A stretch of 40,680 nt of DNA from a virus (lineage: Duplodnaviria > Caudoviricetes): positions 1 through 40,680 of the IMG/VR virus record IMGVR_UViG_3300020045_007163; one strand, 5' to 3'. Shown here piece after piece: positions 1 through 9,629 of the stretch. Positions within the stretch are counted from its first letter, which is position 1. Each line of letters begins with the position of its first letter. The translations under genes and the position numbers were made by a program. Under the pieces are notes generated by a model. That model saw nothing but the letters and a program-made list of their open reading frames with translations, was not told the origin of the DNA and made no database searches.

Positions 1-88
1 ATTCTTTTTGAGTCCCGCGAATCGGATCTGTATAAATATATTTAAAAGATCCGTCTTTGTTTTCTCGAATACTCATATGACTTGGAAG
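1..88. repeat. Exact inverted copy of 783-870 (inside the portal gene); probable fold-back chimera at the contig end
   Basis: The reverse complement of 1-88 matches 783-870 base for base, and the match breaks at position 89. Confidence 0.93.
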
Positions 89-321
89 AAAAGCTTCTAA
101 ATGGTTCTTATCGCCATGGAGATCATCCAGTTTTGAATATGTGCGCGGCTAATGCATCAGTTGAGAAAGATGGAGTCGATAACAGGAAACTCAATAAAAT
201 GAAGTCAACAGGCCGGATTGATGGCATGGTTGCGCTGGCAATTGCTGAGTTTGTTTCGCTTAAACCGCCTGAGGAAGAGGAAGATCTTACGGATTTCCTT
301 AATTCGCCTGTTTTTTTATAA
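82..321 (+). CDS. Terminase large subunit, C-terminal fragment (5' part missing)
   Basis: HGDHPVLNMCAANA...D..DNRKLNKMKSTGRIDGMVAL is the typical end of HK97-type TerL. It lies directly upstream of the portal and is cut by the chimeric junction. Confidence 0.9.
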   Translation: MEEKLLNGSYRHGDHPVLNMCAANASVEKDGVDNRKLNKMKSTGRIDGMVALAIAEFVSLKPPEEEEDLTDFLNSPVFL

Positions 322-386
322 TTGTATTAATTTCCCTATGTAGTAAAATGCATCTTGTTTAAATTCTTTAATCAGGAATCCCCGCC

Positions 387-1709
387 TTGGCCGTATTTGG
401 AATAAATGGAGTTACGAGCTGGATCAGTAAGCGATTCAAGCTTACAGATCATGATGGAATGGTTATAGGTTCTGAAGATTGCGGAGTCCGGCCAGTCAAT
501 GCTCAGGCCGCTCTAACCTTATCAGCTGTTTTTGCTTGCGCCAGATTAATAGCGCGCTCTATAGCTTCCCTTCCTTGCGGAATTTATGAAATGGACTCGC
601 AGGGCGATAAAGTTCTTGTTCGGGATTCAGATCTTTATAGAATTTTGCGCCGCTCCCCAAATGCCGATATGACAGCTTTTAATTTTTGGGTTGCCGTTAT
701 CAGCTCAATTTTGCTTTGGGGTAACGCTTATGTTTTAAAAACATATAGGACCGGAAAAAAGATTGTATCTCTTGAGCCTTTACTTCCAAGTCATATGAGT
801 ATTCGAGAAAACAAAGACGGATCTTTTAAATATATTTATACAGATCCGATTCGCGGGACTCAAAAAGAATATAATGAAGATGAGATAATGCATCTCAAGG
901 GATTTACTCTTGATGGTCGAATTGGCCTTTCTGTTATCGCGTATGCAAATCAAAGTTTTGGAAATTCTTTAGCTCAGGAAGATTCAAATTCCAGAACATA
1001 TCAAAGAGGTATGCAAAAAACCGGAGTCTTGAAAGTTGAAAAATCTTTAACCCCTGAGCAAAGGCAAGCTTTCAAAGATAACATTGCAAAACAATTTTCC
1101 GGCCTTTCAAAATCTGGCGGAACTCTTGTTCTTGAGGGGGGCATGAGTTTTGAAGCTCTTAGCTTGACTCCAGCTGATGCGGAATTGATTGCATCCAGAT
1201 CTTTTTCAATTGAAGAAATTTGTCGCTGGTTTGGAGTCCCGCCTGTATTGATCGGGCATAATGACAAGACAACATCTTGGGGAACTGGTATTGAGCAAAT
1301 CAATTTAGGTTTTTTAACTTACGTTATTCAGCCAATTCTTGTTTCTATCGAGCAAGAGATTCATAAATCATTAATCGAGCCAGCGGATAAGGAAAGATTA
1401 TTCGCTGAATTTAATATTGAGGGCTTCCTGAGATCTGATAGCGCTGGGCGCGCTTCCCTTTATTCGTCTGCTTCTCAGAATGGCTGGATGACTCGCCAGG
1501 AAATCCGTAAGAAAGAAAACCTTCCTTATGTTGATGGATCTGATACTTTAACTGTTCAATCCGCTCTAGTTAATCTTAATCAGCTGGACAAAATACCGCG
1601 CGGGACAACTTCAACAACTCCAGATCCGGCCAATAACGGCGATAAAAAGACGATTTTGGATATAAAGGATCTAACGATTCCGCATATTGAAGATCCTGAT
1701 AAAGTGTAG
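387..1709 (+). CDS. HK97-family portal protein
   Basis: Motifs ALTLSAVFAC..LIARSIASLP, LLWGNAY, IMHLKGFTLDG.IGLS, EEICRWFGVPP, GWMTRQEIR..ENLP; synteny. Confidence 0.96.
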   Translation: MAVFGINGVTSWISKRFKLTDHDGMVIGSEDCGVRPVNAQAALTLSAVFACARLIARSIASLPCGIYEMDSQGDKVLVRDSDLYRILRRSPNADMTAFNFWVAVISSILLWGNAYVLKTYRTGKKIVSLEPLLPSHMSIRENKDGSFKYIYTDPIRGTQKEYNEDEIMHLKGFTLDGRIGLSVIAYANQSFGNSLAQEDSNSRTYQRGMQKTGVLKVEKSLTPEQRQAFKDNIAKQFSGLSKSGGTLVLEGGMSFEALSLTPADAELIASRSFSIEEICRWFGVPPVLIGHNDKTTSWGTGIEQINLGFLTYVIQPILVSIEQEIHKSLIEPADKERLFAEFNIEGFLRSDSAGRASLYSSASQNGWMTRQEIRKKENLPYVDGSDTLTVQSALVNLNQLDKIPRGTTSTTPDPANNGDKKTILDIKDLTIPHIEDPDKV

Positions 1710-1723
1710 TAAAAGGAAAGAGC

Positions 1724-2386
1724 ATGAAAACGAAACATCAAGATTTCCATTTCGATCTCAAGAAACTTTCAGATGATGGATCATTTGAAGGCTACGGATC
1801 TATTTTTGGTAATGAAGATTTTGGCGGCGATATTGTCGCAAAAGGCGCTTTTGCCGACTCTATAGCTGAATTAAAGGCTAAGAAGCGCGCTCTTCCTGTT
1901 TTGTGGCAACATAAAACAGATCAGCCAATTGGCGTTTATGAAGATGTTGTTGAGGATGAAAAGGGCCTTTACGTTAAGGGAAAGCTCTTGCTGGAGGTTC
2001 AAAAGGCTAAAGAAGCCTACGCTTTACTTAAAGCAAAAGCCGTTTCCGGCCTTTCTATCGGTTATGGAGTCGATAAATATGAGATGGATACAGAATCTTA
2101 TGTTAGGACTCTAACTAAGCTGAATTTATTTGAGGTTTCGCTTGTTACGTTTCCCATGAATGATGAAGCGCGAGTCGAGGCCGTAAAACAAAAATTATTT
2201 GATGGAAAACTTCCATCATTAAAAGAATTTGAGAATTTCCTGAGGGAGTCAGGGTTTTCAAAAACGCAAGCTGTTGCAATCGCTAACAATGGCATGGGTT
2301 ACTTGTTGCGGAGTGAGTCCGTAACTGATGAGGCGAAAAACTTAATCGAAGTTTTAGACAACTTCAAAATTCAACTCCCACAATAA
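1724..2386 (+). CDS. HK97-family prohead maturation protease
   Basis: FEGYGSIFGNED.GGDIV.KGAF, VLWQH...PIG, GLSIGY, LFEVSLVTFPMN..A; lies between portal and capsid. Confidence 0.95.
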   Translation: MKTKHQDFHFDLKKLSDDGSFEGYGSIFGNEDFGGDIVAKGAFADSIAELKAKKRALPVLWQHKTDQPIGVYEDVVEDEKGLYVKGKLLLEVQKAKEAYALLKAKAVSGLSIGYGVDKYEMDTESYVRTLTKLNLFEVSLVTFPMNDEARVEAVKQKLFDGKLPSLKEFENFLRESGFSKTQAVAIANNGMGYLLRSESVTDEAKNLIEVLDNFKIQLPQ

Positions 2387-2398
2387 GGAATATTTAAT

Positions 2399-3622
2399 AT
2401 GCCGGATGAAGTAAAAGATCGCTTGGACAAGATCCAAGGTGAAGTTAAAGAATGGGGCGAAAAAATGCTTGCCGAGTCCAAAAAAGGACAAGACACGCTG
2501 AGCGCCGGACAAAAAGAAATCGTTGATAATCTCTTGAAAGAGCATAATCAGCTGATGGAAACGCTTAAGAAAGATACTGAAGAGTTTAAAACACGCTTTA
2601 CAGATCTTGAGCAAAAAAGCGCGCGCCGTGATCGTGATGGCGATCAAGGTGAAAAAACAATCGGTCAACTCTTTGTTGAAAATGAAGATTACAAATCTTT
2701 TGCTGGTAAACCTGGCAAGGGCCGTTTCTCCATGGAAGCCAAAGCTGTAACGACGATTACAAGCGCAACTACTGGAACTGGCGCGGCTGGCGCTAACGTG
2801 CGCGCAGATCGCATTGTTAGCCCATTCCTAACTCCAGGCCAGCGCCGTATGACTGTAAGAGATCTCTTGGCGAAAGGCCGGACTAATTCTAGTTCTGTTG
2901 AATACGTCCAAGAAACTGGCTTTCAGAACATGGCGGCTATCCAGGCGGGTGAAGGCGCGGCAAAAGCGCAATCTGATATTGCTTTCAGCTTGCAAAATGC
3001 TTCTGTTGTTACAATCGCTCACTATGTGAAAGCTTCTAAGCAAATCCTTGCGGATGCGCCTATGATGCAATCATATATTGATGGCCGTTTACGCTATGGC
3101 CTTGAATACGCTGAAGAGCTTCAGCTGTTGATGGGTTCTGGTACTGGCGGCAACATCAATGGAGTTTATACGCAAGCTTCAGCGTATGCGGCTCCAGTCG
3201 GCGGCATTGTAGGAACGGCCAATATCCTTGATATTATCCGCCTTGCTATGCTACAGGCTGTTCTTGCTGAATATCCGCCTGATGGCATTATCTTAAACCC
3301 AATCCAATGGGCGGCTATGGAGACTCTTAAAGATACCAATGGCCGTTATATCATTGGTGATCCAAAGTCTAACCTGGCTCCAACTCTTTGGGCGCTTCCT
3401 GTTGTTGCTACTCAAGCAATGACAACCGATAAATTCCTTGTTGGATCTTTCGGAATGGGAGCTATGGTTTTTGATCGCGAAGAGGCCGCTGTTTTGGTTT
3501 CGACTGAAGATCAAGATAACTTTACCAAAAACTTGGTAACAATTCTGGCTGAAGAGCGCCTTGCAATGGCTGTTTTCCGTCCTGAAGCGTTTATCAAAGG
3601 TGATTTGGGCCTAGTTGCTTAA
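2399..3622 (+). CDS. HK97-fold major capsid protein with N-terminal coiled-coil delta domain
   Basis: VRDLL..GRT.S.SVEYVQETGF, TIAHYVKASKQILADAP, EDQDNFTKNLVTILAEERLAMAVFRPEAF; AAGGA RBS. Confidence 0.96.
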   Translation: MPDEVKDRLDKIQGEVKEWGEKMLAESKKGQDTLSAGQKEIVDNLLKEHNQLMETLKKDTEEFKTRFTDLEQKSARRDRDGDQGEKTIGQLFVENEDYKSFAGKPGKGRFSMEAKAVTTITSATTGTGAAGANVRADRIVSPFLTPGQRRMTVRDLLAKGRTNSSSVEYVQETGFQNMAAIQAGEGAAKAQSDIAFSLQNASVVTIAHYVKASKQILADAPMMQSYIDGRLRYGLEYAEELQLLMGSGTGGNINGVYTQASAYAAPVGGIVGTANILDIIRLAMLQAVLAEYPPDGIILNPIQWAAMETLKDTNGRYIIGDPKSNLAPTLWALPVVATQAMTTDKFLVGSFGMGAMVFDREEAAVLVSTEDQDNFTKNLVTILAEERLAMAVFRPEAFIKGDLGLVA

Positions 3623-3648
3623 TTTTGCTGAGGGGCAAATGGTGAGGG

Positions 3649-3678
3649 AAAAGAGGGCTTTCATAGCCCTCTTTTTTT
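3649..3678 (+). terminator. Intrinsic terminator after the capsid gene
   Basis: AAAAGAGGGCT-ttcat-AGCCCTC stem-loop followed by T7. Confidence 0.85.
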
Positions 3679-3729
3679 GTTTATACTGAAGCCTCATATA
3701 TGAAATCTAAAACCCTATAGGAGATAAAA

Positions 3730-3939
3730 ATGGCTAAAAAATATGCTCAAGATTCCTTTCATCATTCTGGCGTTGGCTTGATTCATCAAGGCCAAGAAAT
3801 CAATCAAGAAAAATTCTCAGCTGGTGATATTAATGAGCTTGAGAAAAAAGGCTTGATTGGTGATACTGATGTTGCTACTGAGCGCAAAAAAGCGCGCGAA
3901 TCGGCCAACAAATCTAACAAGCCAGCGGAAAATAAATAA
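3730..3939 (+). CDS. Small hypothetical protein in the post-capsid position
   Basis: Strong AGGAG RBS; 69 aa, charged; typical position between capsid and connector genes. Confidence 0.75.
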   Translation: MAKKYAQDSFHHSGVGLIHQGQEINQEKFSAGDINELEKKGLIGDTDVATERKKARESANKSNKPAENK

Positions 3940-3941
3940 TC

Positions 3942-4226
3942 ATGGCTATTACCTCATTGGCGTTTGTGAAAGAATGGTTGCGAATTGATGATCTTGATAC
4001 GACTCAAGATAACGTCATTAATGCGCTCATAAATTCGTCTGAAAAATATATTCAGAAATATTTAGGCCAGGCTTCACTTCCCAATGAGGATTTAGTTAAA
4101 GTTGCAGTATGCCAAATGGTCGCTGGATCGTTCGAGCATAGACAAGATAAAAGTGAAGTTGAATTGAAGATTGATAAGACGGTTGAAAATCGACTTCATA
4201 TTTTAAGAACGGATTTAGGAGTCTAA
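3942..4226 (+). CDS. Head-tail connector (HK97 gp6 / SPP1 gp15-like)
   Basis: SL..VKEWLRID....D..I.ALI.S.E.YI..Y, then VKVAVCQMVAGSFEHR. Confidence 0.85.
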   Translation: MAITSLAFVKEWLRIDDLDTTQDNVINALINSSEKYIQKYLGQASLPNEDLVKVAVCQMVAGSFEHRQDKSEVELKIDKTVENRLHILRTDLGV

Positions 4227-4601
4227 ATGTCAGATCCAGGGCAATGGGATATATACATTTATCAAAATACTGTTTTCAGTTTGGAAACAACCTATAAGGA
4301 TGCTGATGGATCTCCATATGATGTAAGTTTATTTGAGGGTTCTTTGGTTATTTTTAATGATCAAAATTCCTATGAATTCGATCAAACTGATGGCATTATA
4401 TTTGGGGATGTTGATGGGAAGATTTATATAGAATTGAAAGATAACAATGAAAATTTCCCTGATTATACCGGAACATATACAAACGATATGAAAGCTGGAA
4501 ATTATAGATATGCTTTTAATATTAACCCTGGAACCGGATTTGTTCCGTATTTAACAGGCAATTTTAAAGTTAGTAAGGGTCGATCTGATGCCGAATGTTG
4601 A
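4227..4601 (+). CDS. Putative fibre-anchoring collar/beta-sandwich protein (T5 p132-like)
   Basis: DIYIYQN.VF....YKD.DG.PYDVS...G.IYI.L...YRY.F...YLTGNFKV resembles small fibre-attachment proteins; overlaps the start of the fibre gene. Confidence 0.55.
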   Translation: MSDPGQWDIYIYQNTVFSLETTYKDADGSPYDVSLFEGSLVIFNDQNSYEFDQTDGIIFGDVDGKIYIELKDNNENFPDYTGTYTNDMKAGNYRYAFNINPGTGFVPYLTGNFKVSKGRSDAEC

Positions 4602-7600
4602 AGTTATAGCTCCCAATAAAATTGATGTTGTCGAAGTTGTTGAGCGCGGAAATCCTGGCCCTCCAGGTTTATCCGCTTATCAGGTTGCAGTACAAAATGG
4701 ATACACTGGAACAGAATCAGAATGGGTTGATAGCCTTGGCGGTCCAGCGCCATCTATTCCATTACCGTTTTTAGCAACTGATACTCTTTTAATGAAAAGA
4801 GATAATGTTCTTTATCAAGGATCATTTTATGACTTGAGGGAATGGGCATTATCATTAGCCAATCCTATTTTGGAAACTTCTCCAGTAATTAGTACGGATA
4901 TGCTTGGGAGAATTTACGCTTCTACATATCCATCATGGAGCGGAATGACTCTTATTGAGTATGCATGGGTAATTGATGGAGTTGAGGTAACAGCGCGCTC
5001 TGAGCTTTTCCCAATTTATCAACCTATCGGCGCAAATAATAATAAGAATATTTCTTTAAAAGCCATTCCAAATCATATGGAAGATAAAGCTGTATTATCA
5101 AATCAAGTTTTGATAACCGCTGATTTGCCTTTCTTTAAACAAATGATGTTGCCAGTATCGAATCCAGGCTTCTTTGATACTATTGATTTCAATTTACCAT
5201 TAACAGCCGCCAATTTTTCCAATCCTAAATATGCTGAAAAATGGTCCATGCTTAATGATATGTATGTAGGAGTCGGCGCTCCTAATGCTTTTGTTGTTGG
5301 AACTTTGCCTGTTCCGGCTCCAGCTGATGGAGTGACTCGCGCATGGTCGATTTCTGGCGCTGGCATTGCAGGATTTTCTATCAATGAAACAACAGGCCAA
5401 ATAACTGTTTCAAATACTTCCTTAATAACTGTTGCTGGAAATAGAGCTGTTACAGTAACGGCTTCAGATTTGGGAAATTACAATATTACTATTCCTGTTG
5501 TAACAACAGCATCTAGCGTTTCATTTGTTGATCCTGTTAATGGATCAGATTCTAATGATGGCCGCTTACCTCATCTTCCAAAGAAAACTGTTTTTGCAAA
5601 TGGCAATAACAGAGTTTTAAAAAATGGCACAACATTTTTAGCCGCTGATGAATACGGATTTATTGCTGGCGGTGGTTATAAATCATATGGAGATCCATCT
5701 CTTGGAAAACCTACATGGATTGGAGCTAATTCAAGAGCAAATGTATTTAGGAATCCTTTCAAGCCTGGAACATCAACTTTACAAGGCGTAACAAATTCTT
5801 ACTTAAGAAATTTAAAAATTGTCGGAGGCGCGAATTGCTCAAGACCTATTGCAATTTACAATAGTTTCGATTTCTTTATTACTGGATGCGAGATTGATAA
5901 TAATAGTTTCTCAGGCGGCGCTCAGGCAATATATGTCCAGGGCGGATCAAGCAGGATTTGGATAAAACATAATAGACTCAAAAATTATTTTGGGGATGGT
6001 ATGTATTTTGTAGGATCGAATAATTTTGAAGCTTCTTATAATCATATTGGTATCCCGCAAGGCGGCGCGGCTGATGCGATTCAAATTACGCATGAAGGCA
6101 ACAAAGATAAACGCTGTCATAATTATTGGATTCATAACAACATTATGTTGCAAGATCCAACATCAAGCTCATCTAAAGGCGCAATGGCGGCTCAGGGTTG
6201 CCAGTATGGATTAGTTGAGAATAACGCTGTATACGGCAAATATTTTGGAGCCGGAGCTGGTGGACAAAACGCCTATACAAGAAATAATTATAATTTCAAA
6301 TGTCGTTTGGCGGTTGGATCTTCAAACTATAATAACTCATGGGGATTTGGACCAGGCGTTAATGAGATTGCTTATAAGCATAAATATTTAAATAACATTG
6401 TTAATCAGGCCGCTTTTGCTACTAACATTTCTGGCTTCTCAGGTGGCGGAGTCAATGCCGGATCTTGGCAGCGCCTTGATATGTATTTTAAAGATAATAT
6501 GCTTTTTAATGCTGATTATATTTCTCAAATGACTGAAGCATGGAGCGGAGAATTCAAAAATAATATTGGATTTAATTTGCTTTACGCTCAGGCTCCAGAT
6601 TATTTGAAGCCAGTTTTATATAAGGGCGGCGGCGCTAATGTCGCAAATAATACTAAAAAAATTGTTAGCATTGTCGTTATCGGCGGCATTGCAACAGTTA
6701 CAGTTACAGGCGGAACTCATCAGCTTGAAAATGGCGCTTCAGTGACTATTTCGGGAGTTGAAAATGATCCTTTGTATAATGGAGTTTTTGGCCCTGTATC
6801 CGGCATAGGAAATGCTGGCGGATTAACATTTACTTATCCTATGAGCGTTACGCCTGAAGAGGATGCTGTTGGATCTGATATGAAATTTGTTCAAGTCGCG
6901 GATAGTTATACAGCTGTTACTTCTCATGTTTTGCAGGATGGTCCTGGCCCTGATGTTGGTACTGATATTCCTACGCTTTCTGGATTATGTGCTGATGGCC
7001 AAATTTTGACTCTTACTATCCCGCCTAAGGCCGGAGTCACCTTCTCAAAACAATTTTATTTAAACGGTTTTGAAATACCTGGGGCGGTGAATGATACGTT
7101 TACTGTTCCTGTTGGAACCTATGCTAATAATGATGCATACCGTCCAACAATGACTCCTCCAGGCCAAACTTATCCTTTGAATTGCGCTGAAATTCATTGT
7201 CTTGTTACTGCAACTGAAACTTCAACTGGCCGCAAATCTCATATCCTTGCTCAATTCCCAAGTGGTAAGTTTTTTGAAACTGTTTTAGCGCCGCCAACAT
7301 TTTCTGTTTTGCCGGAAATTTCAGGGACTCCTCTTGTTGGCCAAACTTTAGTTAGCGTGGATGGGACTCCAATTGGAAGGCCGAATCCTTCAATTACTGG
7401 AAGGCAATGGCTTGCTGATGGCGCGGATATTTCTGGCGCAAATGGGCAAAGTGATATTTTAACTGAAAATGAAATTGGAAAAATAATTTCTATTAGAAAT
7501 ACTGCAACAGGCTTGAACGGTTTAACGGCAAGCGCTGTATCTAATTCTATTGGCCCTGTTGCTGATAGTTATATTGCGATTGGCGGCGGTTTATTCTGGC

Positions 7601-8277
7601 ATGATCCTACAAATGATAGTTTAATGGATTTGCAAAATATTGTTTCAGGGGTTGCAGAAGTTCAACAAATTAGTGATGCTTTCGGCGGCTCTTCTATAGC
7701 TCTTCAAACTGTTAGTTCCCGTAGGCCAAGAATGGGCCAATATACTCAGCCCGTAACTGGCAAGCGTATGATGAACTGGAATGGCTCAAGAGGTATGCTC
7801 TTAAACGGATTGAACAATTTGCCAAATCAGGATTATTCAATATATCTTGTTTGGAGAAATTCAGGCGGTAACGCTTCAACATACCGCTCAATAATTTCCA
7901 ACAATATAAATATGTGGCTTAAATCAAATTTAGGCGTTTTGAGATGTTTGAACAATGTAACAACTTCTACAATGTCAAATAATTCTTTAAGCCTTCCCAT
8001 TAATGTTGAGCCTCCCCGCCTTATTGGTATGATAAAAAGCGGCGCAACTGTTCAATGTACTCTTGATGGTGAATTGATAGGATCGCCAGTGGCGGCAACA
8101 GCCGTAACAGCTTCACAATTATTCTTTGGTTCGGATGGTGACGCCGCATCAAATCAATTGATTGCCGCCACTGGAGATTTCTTGATATTTGGTGAAGCTC
8201 ATATTTCAGCCTTGGCCGCTAAAAGAACTAGAGTTAAAAAACTTGCAAGTTCAAGATGGAACTTAGGTTTGGTATGA
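4588..8277 (+). CDS. Large multidomain virion fibre/adhesin: N-terminal anchor, Ig-like repeats, right-handed beta-helix, C-terminal LamG-like domain
   Basis: GNPGPPGLSAYQVAVQNGYTGTESEWVDSL fibre motif; FVDPVNGSDSNDG followed by Asn-rich beta-helix rungs; PEISGTPLVGQTL...QWLADG..ISGA Ig-like repeat; lectin-like C-terminus. Confidence 0.75.
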   Translation: MPNVEVIAPNKIDVVEVVERGNPGPPGLSAYQVAVQNGYTGTESEWVDSLGGPAPSIPLPFLATDTLLMKRDNVLYQGSFYDLREWALSLANPILETSPVISTDMLGRIYASTYPSWSGMTLIEYAWVIDGVEVTARSELFPIYQPIGANNNKNISLKAIPNHMEDKAVLSNQVLITADLPFFKQMMLPVSNPGFFDTIDFNLPLTAANFSNPKYAEKWSMLNDMYVGVGAPNAFVVGTLPVPAPADGVTRAWSISGAGIAGFSINETTGQITVSNTSLITVAGNRAVTVTASDLGNYNITIPVVTTASSVSFVDPVNGSDSNDGRLPHLPKKTVFANGNNRVLKNGTTFLAADEYGFIAGGGYKSYGDPSLGKPTWIGANSRANVFRNPFKPGTSTLQGVTNSYLRNLKIVGGANCSRPIAIYNSFDFFITGCEIDNNSFSGGAQAIYVQGGSSRIWIKHNRLKNYFGDGMYFVGSNNFEASYNHIGIPQGGAADAIQITHEGNKDKRCHNYWIHNNIMLQDPTSSSSKGAMAAQGCQYGLVENNAVYGKYFGAGAGGQNAYTRNNYNFKCRLAVGSSNYNNSWGFGPGVNEIAYKHKYLNNIVNQAAFATNISGFSGGGVNAGSWQRLDMYFKDNMLFNADYISQMTEAWSGEFKNNIGFNLLYAQAPDYLKPVLYKGGGANVANNTKKIVSIVVIGGIATVTVTGGTHQLENGASVTISGVENDPLYNGVFGPVSGIGNAGGLTFTYPMSVTPEEDAVGSDMKFVQVADSYTAVTSHVLQDGPGPDVGTDIPTLSGLCADGQILTLTIPPKAGVTFSKQFYLNGFEIPGAVNDTFTVPVGTYANNDAYRPTMTPPGQTYPLNCAEIHCLVTATETSTGRKSHILAQFPSGKFFETVLAPPTFSVLPEISGTPLVGQTLVSVDGTPIGRPNPSITGRQWLADGADISGANGQSDILTENEIGKIISIRNTATGLNGLTASAVSNSIGPVADSYIAIGGGLFWHDPTNDSLMDLQNIVSGVAEVQQISDAFGGSSIALQTVSSRRPRMGQYTQPVTGKRMMNWNGSRGMLLNGLNNLPNQDYSIYLVWRNSGGNASTYRSIISNNINMWLKSNLGVLRCLNNVTTSTMSNNSLSLPINVEPPRLIGMIKSGATVQCTLDGELIGSPVAATAVTASQLFFGSDGDAASNQLIAATGDFLIFGEAHISALAAKRTRVKKLASSRWNLGLV

Positions 8278-8462
8278 TGATGTTATTACTTATATCAATT
8301 CTTTATTTTTTGCCGTTTCTAACGGCATTCATGCGGTATCATCAAAATTCCTTGCCAATCTTTATTGTTAATGTGTTTTTTGGCTGGACTCTGATAGGAT
8401 GGATTAGCGCTTTAATATGGGCAACAACGGATAACGTAAATGCAAATCGGAACATTGGATAA
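8274..8462 (+). CDS. imm: T4 Imm-like superinfection immunity membrane protein
   Basis: LYFLP..TA..R.HQN.LPIFIVNVFFGWTLIGWISALIWA fits the Imm family signature; the ATG at 8274 overlaps the fibre stop codon (ATGA). Confidence 0.85.
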   Translation: MMMLLLISILYFLPFLTAFMRYHQNSLPIFIVNVFFGWTLIGWISALIWATTDNVNANRNIG

Positions 8463-8763
8463 AAAGATATATTTCCAGCCATTGATTGAAATAAACAATG
8501 GCGGCGAATTAGAGCAATCTTGGGATGAAACAAATCCATTTACATGGGCTGAAGTTTTAACTCAGCGCGGCGCCGAAAGTTTTTTGGCCGCAAGAACTAG
8601 CGCCAATGAAACTATTAGAGTTAGAGTCCGTTTTAGAGATGATATTGATTCAACATGGCGCGTAAAATGGAATGATCGTTTTTATTATATTACTAATGTT
8701 GATGATAGCGATAAGCGAGATGGCTGGCTTTGGTTTACAGCTGAGACAAAGGCCGCAAAATGA
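8440..8763 (+). CDS. Head closure / head-tail adaptor (SPP1 gp16-like)
   Basis: MQIGTLDKKI.FQ...WAEV....G.E...A......TIRVRVRFRDDI..TWRV.W..R.Y.I. Confidence 0.88.
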   Translation: MQIGTLDKKIYFQPLIEINNGGELEQSWDETNPFTWAEVLTQRGAESFLAARTSANETIRVRVRFRDDIDSTWRVKWNDRFYYITNVDDSDKRDGWLWFTAETKAAK

Positions 8764-9194
8764 AGATGGAAACAAAGCTTGGCGGATTTGAGCAACTTGA
8801 TAATTTATTATCGAGGTTGCCGCAAAATGTTGAAAATAAAGTTTTGCAAAAATCTGTTACTAAGGCTTTCAGGATTGCGCTCAGGGCCGTTAAAGCAAAT
8901 GCGCCAAGGGATGAAGATGGACAATCTCCAGCATCTAAAAAATATGGCCGCTTGTTTCAGAACATAAAAATTAGAGCGTCAAAGCGGGATCGAAAGAAGG
9001 GCCAGCGCGGGGCCTTCATATCAACAGGGCGCTCTTTCTGGGGCTTGTTACTTGAGAAGGGTACGCGCTATATTTCTGCTAAGCCCTGGTTTCTTCCAGC
9101 CATTACTTCAACTCAACAGGAAGTGTTTAAGGATCTTGCCGCTAATATAGCTGAAGGCATAGAAACTGAAGCGCTCAAACTTGCAAAGAAATAA
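8760..9194 (+). CDS. HK97 gp10-family tail completion protein
   Basis: L.GFEQL...L..LP, A...VKANAP, FWGLLLEKGTRYISAKPWFLPA. Confidence 0.88.
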   Translation: MKMETKLGGFEQLDNLLSRLPQNVENKVLQKSVTKAFRIALRAVKANAPRDEDGQSPASKKYGRLFQNIKIRASKRDRKKGQRGAFISTGRSFWGLLLEKGTRYISAKPWFLPAITSTQQEVFKDLAANIAEGIETEALKLAKK

Positions 9195-9195
9195 T

Positions 9196-9618
9196 ATGAA
9201 AATAATTGAAAGATCATTTTACGAATTACTGAAGGGCTTGGCTGGCGGCGCGGTTTATATGATGCGCGCGCCGGATAAAGCCGCTGGGCCGTTCTTGATC
9301 GTCCAGCGCGTTGATTCTGATAGGAGCTATGACTCTATCAATACGGCTGGGGGCATTGCCAAGGCTTATATTCAGGTTGATGCATACCATCCTAAATATT
9401 ATGGAGCCAAAACCCTTTCCGGCCAAGTTGAGGCTATTCTGAATAAATTTAGAGGGGTTGTTAATGTTACCTATTTGGCCGATGATGGATCTACTGTAAA
9501 CGAGGCTCAGAATATCGCTGGCATCAGCTTGCAAAATGATGTAGATATATTTGATGATACGGATCAACCGTATCTTTTCAGAAATTCTAATGTTTTTATC
9601 GTAACATACTATCAATAA
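9196..9618 (+). CDS. Tail terminator (DUF3168 / gp17-like)
   Basis: VY.MRAP.....PFL..QRV, IQVDAYH..Y.GAK.L...V; sits just before the tail tube gene. Confidence 0.8.
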   Translation: MKIIERSFYELLKGLAGGAVYMMRAPDKAAGPFLIVQRVDSDRSYDSINTAGGIAKAYIQVDAYHPKYYGAKTLSGQVEAILNKFRGVVNVTYLADDGSTVNEAQNIAGISLQNDVDIFDDTDQPYLFRNSNVFIVTYYQ

Positions 9619-9629
9619 AGGAATATCAA

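Noticed and set aside
1-88. Terminal inverted sequences as hairpin telomeres or true inverted terminal repeats
   Set aside because: The two ends do not match each other, each copies coding sequence 0.7-1 kb inward, the left one truncates the terminase, and no protelomerase is encoded. An artefact is more parsimonious.
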